Source: Gammaproteobacteria bacterium (GTDB lineage: Bacteria; Pseudomonadota; Gammaproteobacteria; Magnimaribacterales; D2472). From it: a DNA stretch of 64,000 nt. The stretch is taken from contig JAYQKD010000003.1 of the NCBI GenBank assembly GCA_038142505.1, positions 57,312-121,311 of the forward strand, read 5' to 3'. The translations under genes were made by a program, and so were the position numbers. Below the pieces are notes generated by a model. That model ran no database searches and was not told where the DNA came from. It saw only the letters and a list, made by a program, of their open reading frames with translations. This document shows, piece after piece, positions 54,520-64,000 of this stretch (the first letter of the stretch is position 1; each line of letters opens with the position of its first letter).

Positions 54520-55569
54520 GTGGAATTCAATATTTTTAAGACTGTAAGAGGCTATTTTTCAAATGATCTTTCAATTGATTTAGGTACAGCAAATACTCTT
54601 ATTTATACAAAAGATGTGGGGATTGTTCTTGATGAACCATCCGTTGTTGCAATCAGAGAGGCTAGAGGACAAAAGACTGTAGTAGCTGTTGGAACAGAAG
54701 CTAAAAAAATGCTTGGCAGAACCCCAGGAAATATAAAAGCAATTCGTCCTCTTTCAGAAGGTGTTATTGCTGACTTCCAAGTTACAGAAAAAATGCTTCA
54801 ACACTTCATAGCAAAAGTTCACGAGCAGAGATTCATAAAACCTAGCCCAAGAGTATTGGTATGTGTGCCTTGTAGGTCAACTCAAGTTGAAAGAAGAGCT
54901 ATTAGAGAGTCTGTTCTTGGTGCTGGAGCTAGAGATGTAAAATTAATTGAGGAGCCAATGGCTGCAGCTATAGGTGCAGGCCTCCCGGTAGAGGAAGCTA
55001 GCGGAAATATGGTGGTTGATATTGGAGGCGGTACATCTGAGATTGCAATCCTGTCTTTAAATGGTGTTGTTTATTCAGAATCTGTAAAAATTGGGGGAGA
55101 TAAAATGGATGAATCCATTACCTCATGGATAAGAAGAAATTATGGCTGTGTAATTGGAGAGTCAACTGCTGAAAAAATTAAATATACTATTGGTTGTGCC
55201 ACAGCAGAATCTGAAAAACTTGAAATGTCTATAACCGGAAGAAATCTAGCTGAAGGTATTCCAGAAACCTTCACAATTAATAGCGAGCAGATATTTGAAG
55301 CAATGAGAGATCCCTTATATGGAATAGTTAGAGCAATTAGAAATGCTCTAGAGCTTTCACCACCTGAATTAGCTGCAGATATCGCTGAAAGAGGTATTGT
55401 ATTAACCGGAGGAGGAGCTTTAATGAGAGATCTTGATAAGCTTATTTCAAGCTCTACTGGCATACCTGTAATATGTGCTGAAGACCCCTTAACTTGTGTT
55501 GCAAGAGGCGGAGGTCAAGCATTAGAAATTATGGATAAATACAACATAGATCTACTTTCTTCTGAGTAA
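54520..55569 (+). CDS. mreB: rod shape-determining protein MreB (GTG start)
   Basis: [24 protein letters not shown] and [14 protein letters not shown] actin-fold motifs. Confidence 0.96.
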   Translation: MEFNIFKTVRGYFSNDLSIDLGTANTLIYTKDVGIVLDEPSVVAIREARGQKTVVAVGTEAKKMLGRTPGNIKAIRPLSEGVIADFQVTEKMLQHFIAKVHEQRFIKPSPRVLVCVPCRSTQVERRAIRESVLGAGARDVKLIEEPMAAAIGAGLPVEEASGNMVVDIGGGTSEIAILSLNGVVYSESVKIGGDKMDESITSWIRRNYGCVIGESTAEKIKYTIGCATAESEKLEMSITGRNLAEGIPETFTINSEQIFEAMRDPLYGIVRAIRNALELSPPELAADIAERGIVLTGGGALMRDLDKLISSSTGIPVICAEDPLTCVARGGGQALEIMDKYNIDLLSSE

Positions 55570-55574
55570 AAAAG

Positions 55575-56406
55575 ATGTCGAGGGTAGCACCCACTTCTGG
55601 CACAAAAGTTTTATACTTTTTATTGATAATCATTTCAGGATTTTTAATATATATTGATTTAAAGCATAAAAGCTTTGAAGGCATTAAAAACTTTTATCAA
55701 TCCTTTATTATTTCTTCATCTTATATTTTTAAAAGTGCAACAGTTGAGCCTATAAAACTTTTATATCAAATCTCAAAAGATAAGAGTGAACTGATTAATG
55801 AGAATAAAAAGCTCAAGCTGGAGCTTGATAATAGTCATATTTCAAATTTTATTATTTCACGTGACTCAAAATTTTTTGCAGACGATGATTCTATAAAGAG
55901 ATTTTTAGATATAAATAACATAAATGAAGTTTTTCACTTAGCTAAATTGGAATATTTTGATACTGAATTATATATGTGTTGCAGTAAACATAGAGCATTT
56001 ATCAAAACATACAAAAATAACAAAAACTTAATCGGCAGCACTGTTATCAATGATATGGGAATTATTGGTCATATTATTTATGGAGATTCTTTGAGTGAAG
56101 TATTATTACTTACAGATATAGATCATGTAATGCCAATAGTGTCTGGTAATCATTTTTGTAATGCTAAGGGTTCTGGAAAACCAGGAAAAATTACTTGTTC
56201 ATATAACAATAAGGTTTGGCAAGAAAAAGTCTCAATTGGACAAGAATTCTATTCATCTGGGATGGGAGGTATTTATCCTAAAGGCATACTTATTGGAAAA
56301 CGTAAAGAACATAAGAGAAGTTGAAGAAAATTTTATAGAATTTGATATTAATCTTGTGTCTAGTCCAATAGTAAAAAATGTAGTTGGAGTTCTTGAGAGC
56401 ATATGA
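55575..56406 (+). CDS. mreC: rod shape-determining protein MreC (one frameshift near 56295)
   Basis: TM anchor, coiled coil, GGIYPKGILIG. The C-terminal ..VKNIREVEENFIEFDINLVSSP.. is in the adjacent frame and ends in an ATGA overlap with mreD. Confidence 0.8.
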
Positions 56407-56881
56407 GAAATATTGGAACTGTAAAACTATTAATTATTATTTTTGTTTTAAATATTTTAGAGAGCTTCATTGCACCCCACTTAATAAATTTTTATATAAG
56501 TTTGCCAATAACTTTTCTAGTTTTCTCACTTGCCATCTACAACTCAAATCGTAATTCTAACCCTTTATTTGCTTTTTTATGTGGCTTTTATTTAGATTTA
56601 ATATCAAGCTCTCCATTTGGACTTAATGCTGGACTTTTTACCATGATGTCTTATGTGATTAACAGTTATGCAAATACATTTAAGCTATTCTCATATATTC
56701 AGATATGTATATTCTTTGCTGCTTCCTCTGTCTTTTATATTGGTTTTAAAAACTTAATTATTGGCTTAGAAAATTTTTCATATTCAGTACTATTTGTGAG
56801 TCTTTTTTTTAATATTTTATTATTTTTATTGATTCAATGCTTAGATATTATTTTCCTTCAATGTCTATCAAATATGATTAG
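56403..56881 (+). CDS. mreD: rod shape-determining protein MreD (3' end uncertain; runs in frame into the next gene as sequenced)
   Basis: About 158 aa of polytopic membrane sequence after mreC. A TAG at 56879-56881 in the +1 frame would give the normal length. Confidence 0.6.
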
Positions 56882-59212
56882 CAAGATTAAAAAATTCTTT
56901 TCATATATTTTTTTTCTTATCTTCTTTATTATTTTATTTGTAGCATGTACTTATGGCTTTTTAGTTTATAAACCAGATCATGGAATAAAATTTATTGATA
57001 AAGCTCTGCTATTGGACTATTCGCTGAAGATTAAATCAACCTCATCAAACAAGAATTTGATAAACCCCTTTTTTATATTTGAAGAAATTCAAATTAATGA
57101 CAATGAAAATAAAGAATTAGTTTATATTCCCAATCTAAGGATTGGAGTAAATTTAATTGAATCCCTTATTCAAGAATATTTATCATTGAGTGTTCTTGAA
57201 ATAGACACACTGAAGTCTTCTCAAGGCTCTTCGATAGAGACATTTCAACCATTTTTGATCAAAGGAAATAAATTAAAGATATCTAATAATACAATTGATA
57301 TTTCAGCGAAAGGGTTTGAATTACTAATATCCCCAAATAATTCAAAGATTATTCTTTTAGAGGGCAATATAAACACATACTCATACACCGAAATTAAAGC
57401 ATTCATAGACTCAATAGATAATAAATTATTTTATGAAAGTAGCCATAGCTTTGATAGCAATGAACTAAATCAAATTAATTCTATTGACCTTAGTTCTCTT
57501 AAAGATCATGACATATATGTAGATCTTGATACAAAAGGGTATATAGACTTTGAAACAAATCAAAATAATAGATTTGATAGATTAACATTTAAAAATTCTA
57601 GTATTACAACAAATTCAGAGTTCTTAATTAAAGATATTAATTCAAGTGTTTTTTCAAACCTCAATAAAGAGTTATTAGGTGTATTTAAATCAAAACTACC
57701 AGATCAGAACATATCAGGAAGTATTTCTTACGACTATAAAAAAGCGTTATCAGAACTAATTTGAAATAAATATGGGAGGAATTATTGATTCAAATCGTTA
57801 TTTTTCTATGGATGGAGATGAGATTTTTAGATCAATTATGATACTTTCAGAAGATAATTTTTCTATGAATTTGCAATCAAACCTAAGCAATACAAACATC
57901 TCATCAAGCATAGAAGAGATTAATGAAAAATTAAATGAAGTTACAGAAACCTCCATATTTATTGAAGATATGTCTAGCCCAATATATCAAGTCAAAAATA
58001 AACATATAAATGCTTCAATTAGTTCAAGCGGTAGAGGGTATTTTGCTTTTGGCCGAAGCTTTTCAGAAAATATTAAAAATAATAACCATAAAGATGGTTT
58101 TTATATATATTTAGATCTTGATAATTTAAGTTTAGACAACATTTTTTATGATGATTCAAGCAGCAGCAATACATTGCTTAAGTCCATTAAAATTAGATCA
58201 AAAGAATTTAATTTTTTAAATAATAATTACTCAAACATAAAATTTAATATCACCTTTAATGACGAAATATATATCAATATTTCAGGAAAAGATTTAAATG
58301 GTGAAATAAATATCGATCAAACTAATTTTATAAAAATTAACTTAAAAGATACTAATTTTAATTTTGATGGCATTAATATAGCGCAATCAAATCTAGCGAG
58401 CGATATAAGCAATATTAGTTTAAGGCTAATTGGCAATAATATAAAAACTGAAGATGATATTTTTCAAGATGTTGATTTTTATATTCTAAAAAATAAAATG
58501 TTTTAACTATTGATAATATAAAAATTAATAGCAAAAGATTGAATATTGGTCCAATAAGGATAATCAAAAAGCATATATTAGCTATAACAATAAATCTAGA
58601 TCTATATAAAATTAAAGGTAAATATAGATTTGATAACTCTTCTGGATATTTTGATAATCTTACAAAATATAATTTCGATTTTTTTGAGACAGATCTAAAT
58701 ATTCAATGGAATAGTTTAAACAAATTTAACAAACCTAGAAGGAAAATTAGATTTTTTAATAAAAGATTTAAACCTAGATACCGAAATACCTGAAACTACT
58801 TTTTTAAGAGCATTAAGGATTTTTAACCTTAATGGGATTTTTGAAGGTCTTGATGATGTTTCAAATAATATTTTGAATATAAATAGAGCTTCAGGTAAAT
58901 TTATTATAGGTAAAAATAGAGCGTTGATTAATTCACCAATTATTTTTGAAACAGATGAAGCAAGCATGAAGCTGGGTTGGTGAAATCAGTAAAAATAAGT
59001 TTTGGTGAAGCTGGATGAATTAGATCTTGATTTATCAATGAGATTAAAAATTTCTGAAAATATTCCATGGTATGCAGCAATTTTTGGTGGTGTAACAGCT
59101 CATTGCAGGTGGTGTTGTAATTGAAAATATTTTTGAAGATGCTATTGAGGATGTTTCGACAATAAATTTTGAAATATTTGGAACTATTGATAAACCAAAT
59201 ATAAAAGGTTAA
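56874..59212 (+). pseudogene. yhdP: YhdP-like (AsmA-family) envelope protein, reduced size (about 780 aa), at least 6 frame disruptions as sequenced
   Basis: N-terminal TM anchor MISKIKKFFSYIFFLIFFIILFV. The C-terminus ..ISENIPWYAAIFGGVTAIAGGVVIENIFEDAIEDVSTINFEIFGTIDKPNIKG* parallels the E. coli YhdP end (..VGVAAAFAVNPIIGAAVF..ILRYHISGPLDDPQI). It sits downstream of mreBCD as in E. coli. Confidence 0.55.
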
Positions 59213-60550
59213 ATTAAAAAAACTGTTGCTAAACCAAGGAAAGATAGAAAACCTATTACATCTGTAACAGTAGTAACTACAACACTTCCTGAAATAGCTG
59301 GATCTTGATTAAAACTTCGTAAAATTATTGGAACAAAAACTCCAGCAATTACTGAGCTTACTAAATTTATTAATTAGTGCAAATGAAATCAACAGAGCTA
59401 ATGTAATTTCATAAACCAAAAGTATGTCACAAGCCCAACTAAAATTGATAAGACTAAACCATTAAGAATGGATACGGCTAGCTCTCTTTTGAATAGCCAT
59501 CTTAGATTTGAGGAATTGATTTGTTCCAGTGTTAGACCCCGAAGAACAATAGTTAAGGTTTGTGTTGCAGCAACCCCACCCATGCTGGCGACTATTGGCA
59601 TTAAGATAGCTAAATATACAATTTGATCTAATACATCTTTAAAAATATTTATTGTCATAGATGCAATAAAAGCAGTTAAAAGATTCATGCTTAACCAAAA
59701 AACTCTGCTTCTTGCAGCTCTTCCTGGTGGGGCAAATGTATCTTCTGCAACTCCAGCCATACCCAGAAAATTTTGATCAGCATCCTCTCTTATGACATCT
59801 AAAACATCATCTATAGTAATTCTTCCTATTAATTTGCCAGATTCATCAACAACAGCAGATGAGATGATGTCATTTCTTTCAAATATTGTTGCAACTTCTT
59901 TATCATCTTGAGAAACGAGAATTGGATTACTTGATGTGCTCATAATTTCTCTTACAGTCAGATTTGGCTTGCATGTAATTATCTTACTAATGGCAATCTC
60001 ACCAATATATTCATCTTCTTTATTAACAACAAAAATCTTATCTGTGTTATCTGGAAGTTCTTTTTGATCTCTAAGATAGTTAATTACAACTTCTATACTA
60101 TGACTTGGCCTGACGCTAATGACGTCTGTATTTAAAAGACCTCCAGCAGTGTTTTCAGGATAGGTAAGACCAATTTCAATTCTTTTTCTGTCTCTATATG
60201 ACATTTTAGAAAGAATGGTATTCATTCTATCTTCAGGAAGATTCTGAAGAATATCTACAGTTTCATCCGGCTCAAGTTCTTTTACAGCTTCAGCAAGCTC
60301 TTCATTGGAAATATTTGAAACTAACTCTTGCTGTATCTCTTCACCAAGATCAGCTAAAACATCTCCTTCTTCATTGGTTTCCAAAAGTGAAAAAAATAAT
60401 TTTCTTTGTTTAGGGGGAGAGGACTCAAGAGCATGAGCAATTTCTGATGATGATAATTTTTTTAATAGACTTCTTATTTCATCTTGTGAAAGTTCTGAAG
60501 AATTTTCTAATAATTGATTAAGATTATTTTCTTGCTCTATTGATTTCCAT
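59209..60550 (-). CDS. mgtE: magnesium transporter MgtE (at least 3 frameshifts as sequenced)
   Basis: MgtE N-domain, CBS pair, TM domain. The C-terminal ..VIAGVFVPIILRSFNQDPAISGSVVVTTVTDVIGFLSFLGLATVF.. is readable in shifted frames. An ATG at 60548-60550 is followed by an AAA-run shift. Confidence 0.85.
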
Positions 60551-60582
60551 AGAATAATTTTACATTAATGAAAAAAAAATAA

Positions 60583-61860
60583 TTACCTATTTCTTGAAGA
60601 AGCTATATTAAGTTTTTTTCTATATTTTGTTATGGTCCTTCTTGCAAGGTTAAAACCTCTTTTATTTAACTCTATGGCAATTTTATTGTCACTTTTTGGT
60701 TTTTTTTCATTTTCTATAATTGATTCAATTAATTGCATTAACTGAAGTGGAGTAACATCTCTAGTTTTTGAAACAGATGAAACTAATAAAGATTTTAAAG
60801 GTATTATACCTTTTGGAGTATCTATGTATTTTGATCTTAGAATTCTTGAAACAGTTGATGGATGAAGTCCAAGCTCATCTGATAGACTCTTATTTGAAAG
60901 AGGATTAATTTTTAAAGGATTATCTTGCAAAAAAGAAATTTGTTTCTTGCAAATTAATTCTCCGACTTGCATTACAGTGTCATTTCTTTTTTTAATTGAA
61001 CTCAGAAGCCATTTAGCATCCTTGAATTTTTTCTGATAATTCTTTATTGGGTTTATTTTTTAGTTGAGTGTTCGTGTTTTTCAATTAAATCATTGTCAAT
61101 TTTGATTTTAGGAAAAGTATCATCTATAAAATTAACAGAAAAAGATTTTTCTTTTAATTCAATTTTCAAATCTGGAATAATATAATTTGTATTTTCATAA
61201 TTAAGACCTGGACTTAAATCACATGATTTAATTTCATTCATTGCTTTTTCAATATCTTTCATTCGAATATCCACTTTTTTGAAAAGTATTAATAATTTCT
61301 TCTAAACTCTCTAATCCATTTTGAGTGAGAGTATTTTGACATAGCTCTTTAATTTTTTGATTAATTTTTTTGAGTTAATTTGTATTTTTATACATTCTTT
61401 AAAATCTCTAAAACCAACACCAATGGTTCTAGTTTTTGAATAATATCTTTTAAAACATTATTTATATCACCAATAGAATATTTATAAGAGAGCATCTCTT
61501 CTATTTCCTCTAGCTCATCTAATCAATTGACCAGACTCATCAATACATTCAACCAAAGTTAGAGCAATTTCTTTTCGACTATTGTTCAGTCTTAAATCAT
61601 TTACTTGATTTAACTAGTGATTCTTTTAAATTTTCGACTGCTGCTAAATTAAAATCAAAATCAGATTCATTATATTTTTCATCAAAATCAAAATCTTCAG
61701 CTATTTCTTTTTCAACAAAAGGGTTAATTTCAATCTCTTGGTCAATTTTCTGAATTAGCTCATATCTAGATAATTGAAGTAAATCAATCGATTTTTTAAG
61801 CAGTGGAGTCAATGAAATTTTTTGTTTTTGCTTAAATTCTTTAATTAATGAAATAGCCAT
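60583..61860 (-). pseudogene. rpoN: RNA polymerase sigma-54 factor, at least 3 frame disruptions as sequenced
   Basis: Region I (LTPLLKKSIDLLQLSRYELIQKIDQEIEINPF) is in ORF 61597-61860. The HTH and RpoN box (ARRTITKYRKKLNI) are in ORF 60583-60972. Middle pieces lie in other frames. Confidence 0.85.
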
Positions 61861-61870
61861 GATGATTTAA

Positions 61871-62583
61871 CTATACATATCTGCCTAAATAAACTTTTTT
61901 GACCATTTTCATCTTTTGATTAATGAGTCTTTGTCACCTTTAGCAATAATCGATCCATCATTAATTACGATTGCATGATCACAAATTTCTAAGGCTTCTC
62001 GAACATTATGGTCTGTAATTAAAATCCCAATATTTTTATTTTTGAGCTTTAGAAGAACTTGTTTAATTTCATCAATAGCTATTGGATCTATTCCAGCGAA
62101 TGGTTCATCTAAAAGAATTATCTTTGGATTTGCTGCAAGTGTTCTAGCAATTTCAACTTTTCTTCTTTGACCCCTGAAAGTTGTCTACCTTTTTGATTTA
62201 AGATGCTTGATAAATTAAACTCTTCAATAGATTTTTCTATAAAATTTTCAATATCTTCTTTTCTTGTCGAATGATAATTCAGCTAGACCCATTAAATTTT
62301 CGTAGACTGTAAGATTCTGAAAAATTGATGGCTCCTGTGGCAAGATATTTTATTCCCATTTTTGATCTTTTATGCATGGCATAATTTGATACATTTATAT
62401 CGTCAAAAAAATATCTCCACTATCAGCTTTTGTTAATCCAGCTATCATATAAAAGGTTGTAGTTTTGCCAGCACCATTAGGCCCTAAAAGACCATTGATG
62501 CAACCAGAAGGAAGCTCAAAGCTTATATTTTTGACAATATTTTTATCTTTGATTGTTTTATTAATTTTTTTTATTGAAAGCAT
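61871..62583 (-). pseudogene. lptB: LPS export ABC transporter ATP-binding protein LptB, about 5 frame disruptions as sequenced
   Basis: Walker A GLLGPNGAGKTTTFYM, then YLPQEPSIFQNLTVYENL, signature [15 protein letters not shown], Walker [21 protein letters not shown] and the end VKKVYLGRYV* are recovered by hopping frames. Confidence 0.9.
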
Positions 62584-62588
62584 TGCTG

Positions 62589-63018
62589 TTAATTTTCTGT
62601 TAGGACTTGACCATTTCTTGTATTGAAAATTATTTCTTTTGATGAAATGCTCAAATCGTCATAGTTAATAGTTGCATTACCAACTAGCTGAATTTTATCT
62701 GTTTGAGTAAAAAAATTTTATCAGCGCTTCCAGTAAAATAATTATCTTTAGCTGTTGATTGAATTTTTGATGGCATACCATAAACTGAAATCATTTTATT
62801 TGTTTTATTAAATATGGCTTGATTGGCTCTATAATAAAATCATTAGACTCAACATAAACACCATTATTAAAAAAATTTTGTTTGATTTTTTTTCTATCTC
62901 AATTGATCCAGAGTTCACAATTATATTATTTAATTTAAATTCATTAACTTCTTGTGAGTAGACATAATTACAAAAGATAAGTATAAAAAATAAAATATTT
63001 ATTTTATTTAAAAAACAA
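62589..63018 (-). pseudogene. lptA: LPS transport periplasmic protein LptA (about 141 aa), at least 4 frame disruptions as sequenced; start uncertain
   Basis: Signal peptide NILFFILIFCNYVYS-QE, then ..IIVNSGSIEIEKKSNKIFFNNGVYVES.., ..VYGMPSKIQ.. and ..GSADKIFFTQTDKIQLVGNATINYDDLSISSKEIIF.. parallel E. coli LptA. All joins are at T/A runs. Confidence 0.7.
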
Positions 63019-63019
63019 G

Positions 63020-63984
63020 TTATAAGAATCCTTGCCTGAATCAAATCATGCATGGAGATAACACCAACATTTTTATTTTTTTTCATTACAACTAATGTGA
63101 AAATTTTATTTTTTTCCATAATCCTTGCAGCATCAACAGCCAATGCATCTTCTTCAATTGTTTTAAATTTTTTTGTCATAACGTCTTTGATTTTTGTGGT
63201 ATTAATATCAATTTTTTGATTTAAACATCTTCTTAAATCACCGTCTGTAAAAATACCTTCAACATTGGATTGTTTCTTGATAAGAGTTATACCTAAATTT
63301 TTCTCTGAGATTTCAATTAAGGCATCTGCTAGTAGTGTGTTTAAACCCACTGATGGTATTTCAGATCCTTGATGCATTAAATGTTTAACTTGAGTAATTA
63401 ATTTCTTACCAAGCTTTCCTGCAGGATCTGAAGATGCAAAATCATTAGATGTGAAACCTTTTGATTCAAGGAGCGCTATTGCTAAAGCATCTCCAAATGC
63501 TAATGCAGAAGTTGTTGAAGATGTTGGAGCAAGATCAAGAGGACATGCCTCTTTAGATTTAATAATAATTGAAATATCTGATGCCTGGGCAATTGTAGAT
63601 TTTTTATTACTGGTTAATGATGCAAGTTTTGTGACAAGACCTTTTTAATGAAGGAAGTATATTAACGATCTCATCAGTTTCACCTGAGTTAGATATTAAA
63701 AAAACAATGTCTTTTTTTTCAATTAACCCCATATCTCCATGAGCAGCTTCTGTTGGATGAATAAAAATAGATCCAGTTCCTGTGCTTGAGAGGGTTGCTG
63801 ATATTTTTTGACCAATATGACCAGATTTACCAACACCCATGATTATAAATTTTCCTTTATTTGATCTGATGGATTCACAAAGTTGAGTAAAATTTGAGTC
63901 AATTTGATTGCTAAGGTTATTTAGAGCAGTTGACTCTATTTTGAAGGTTCTTTTAGCTGACGCAATATAGTTAAATTTTTTCAT
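63020..63984 (-). CDS. kdsD: arabinose-5-phosphate isomerase KdsD (two frameshifts, about 63027 and 63644)
   Basis: SIS domain (GVGKSGHIGQKISATLSSTGT, ISNSGET, APTSSTT) plus two CBS domains (GIFTDGDLRR, ISMHDLIQA). The 3' end was inferred by analogy to E. coli ..MHDLLRAGVV*. Confidence 0.85.
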
Positions 63985-64000
63985 AACTTTATGTAAATTT

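Noticed and set aside
56403-57764. 453-aa ORF that looks like a MreD fusion to a large extracytoplasmic domain
   Set aside because: The first 157 or so codons are a normal-length MreD. A new TM-anchored protein starts at the in-frame ATG 56874, and a TAG at 56879-56881 in the +1 frame would end MreD. In this indel-dense region the fusion is most likely a lost stop, not a novel architecture.
60551-60582. Mg-sensing M-box riboswitch upstream of mgtE
   Set aside because: Only 32 nt separate the rpoN stop from the mgtE start, far too short for an M-box of about 160 nt.

Overview
A 64-kb chromosomal core segment from an AT-rich (roughly one-third G+C by eye), tightly packed genome. Gene order is classically gammaproteobacterial, and a streamlined marine lineage is my inference. 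All product calls rest on motifs and synteny recalled from memory; no database search was possible.

I call about 62 protein genes and 4 tRNAs, with many start/stop overlaps. The synteny blocks are:
- leuA / holD-rimI
- valS-pepA / lptF-lptG
- dapE-dapD-glnD-map
- carA-carB-greA-rlmE-ftsH-glmM-tpiA-secG, then tRNA-Leu and tRNA-fMet, then rimP-nusA-infB-rbfA-truB-rpsO-pnp
- ychF-pth-rplY-prs-tRNA-Gln-ispE-lolB / hemA-prfA-prmC
- gatCAB / mreBCD followed by a yhdP-like gene
- mgtE, then rpoN-lptB-lptA-kdsD on the minus strand

I found no CRISPR array, transposase, integrase, prophage or recognisable defence island.

The only clearly accessory module with unusual biochemistry is a two-gene pair at 45.3-47.0 kb. 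It combines a gamma-butyrobetaine-hydroxylase-like Fe/2OG dioxygenase with a six-ligand HD-domain protein. That architecture matches the TmpA/TmpB (PhnY/PhnZ-type) oxidative phosphonate C-P cleavage route.

The dominant technical feature is single-base indel frameshifts. Where a site can be reconstructed it mostly lies in a short homopolymer run. They are sparse over 0-56 kb, absent from about 18.5-37 kb, and very dense over 56-64 kb, where they hit essential genes (lptB, lptA, kdsD, rpoN). I read this as sequence or assembly error, not genome decay.

Several expected neighbours are missing from their canonical positions: holC, folP, kdsC, lptC, hpf/ptsN, and maf/rng. ValRS lacks its C-terminal coiled-coil region.
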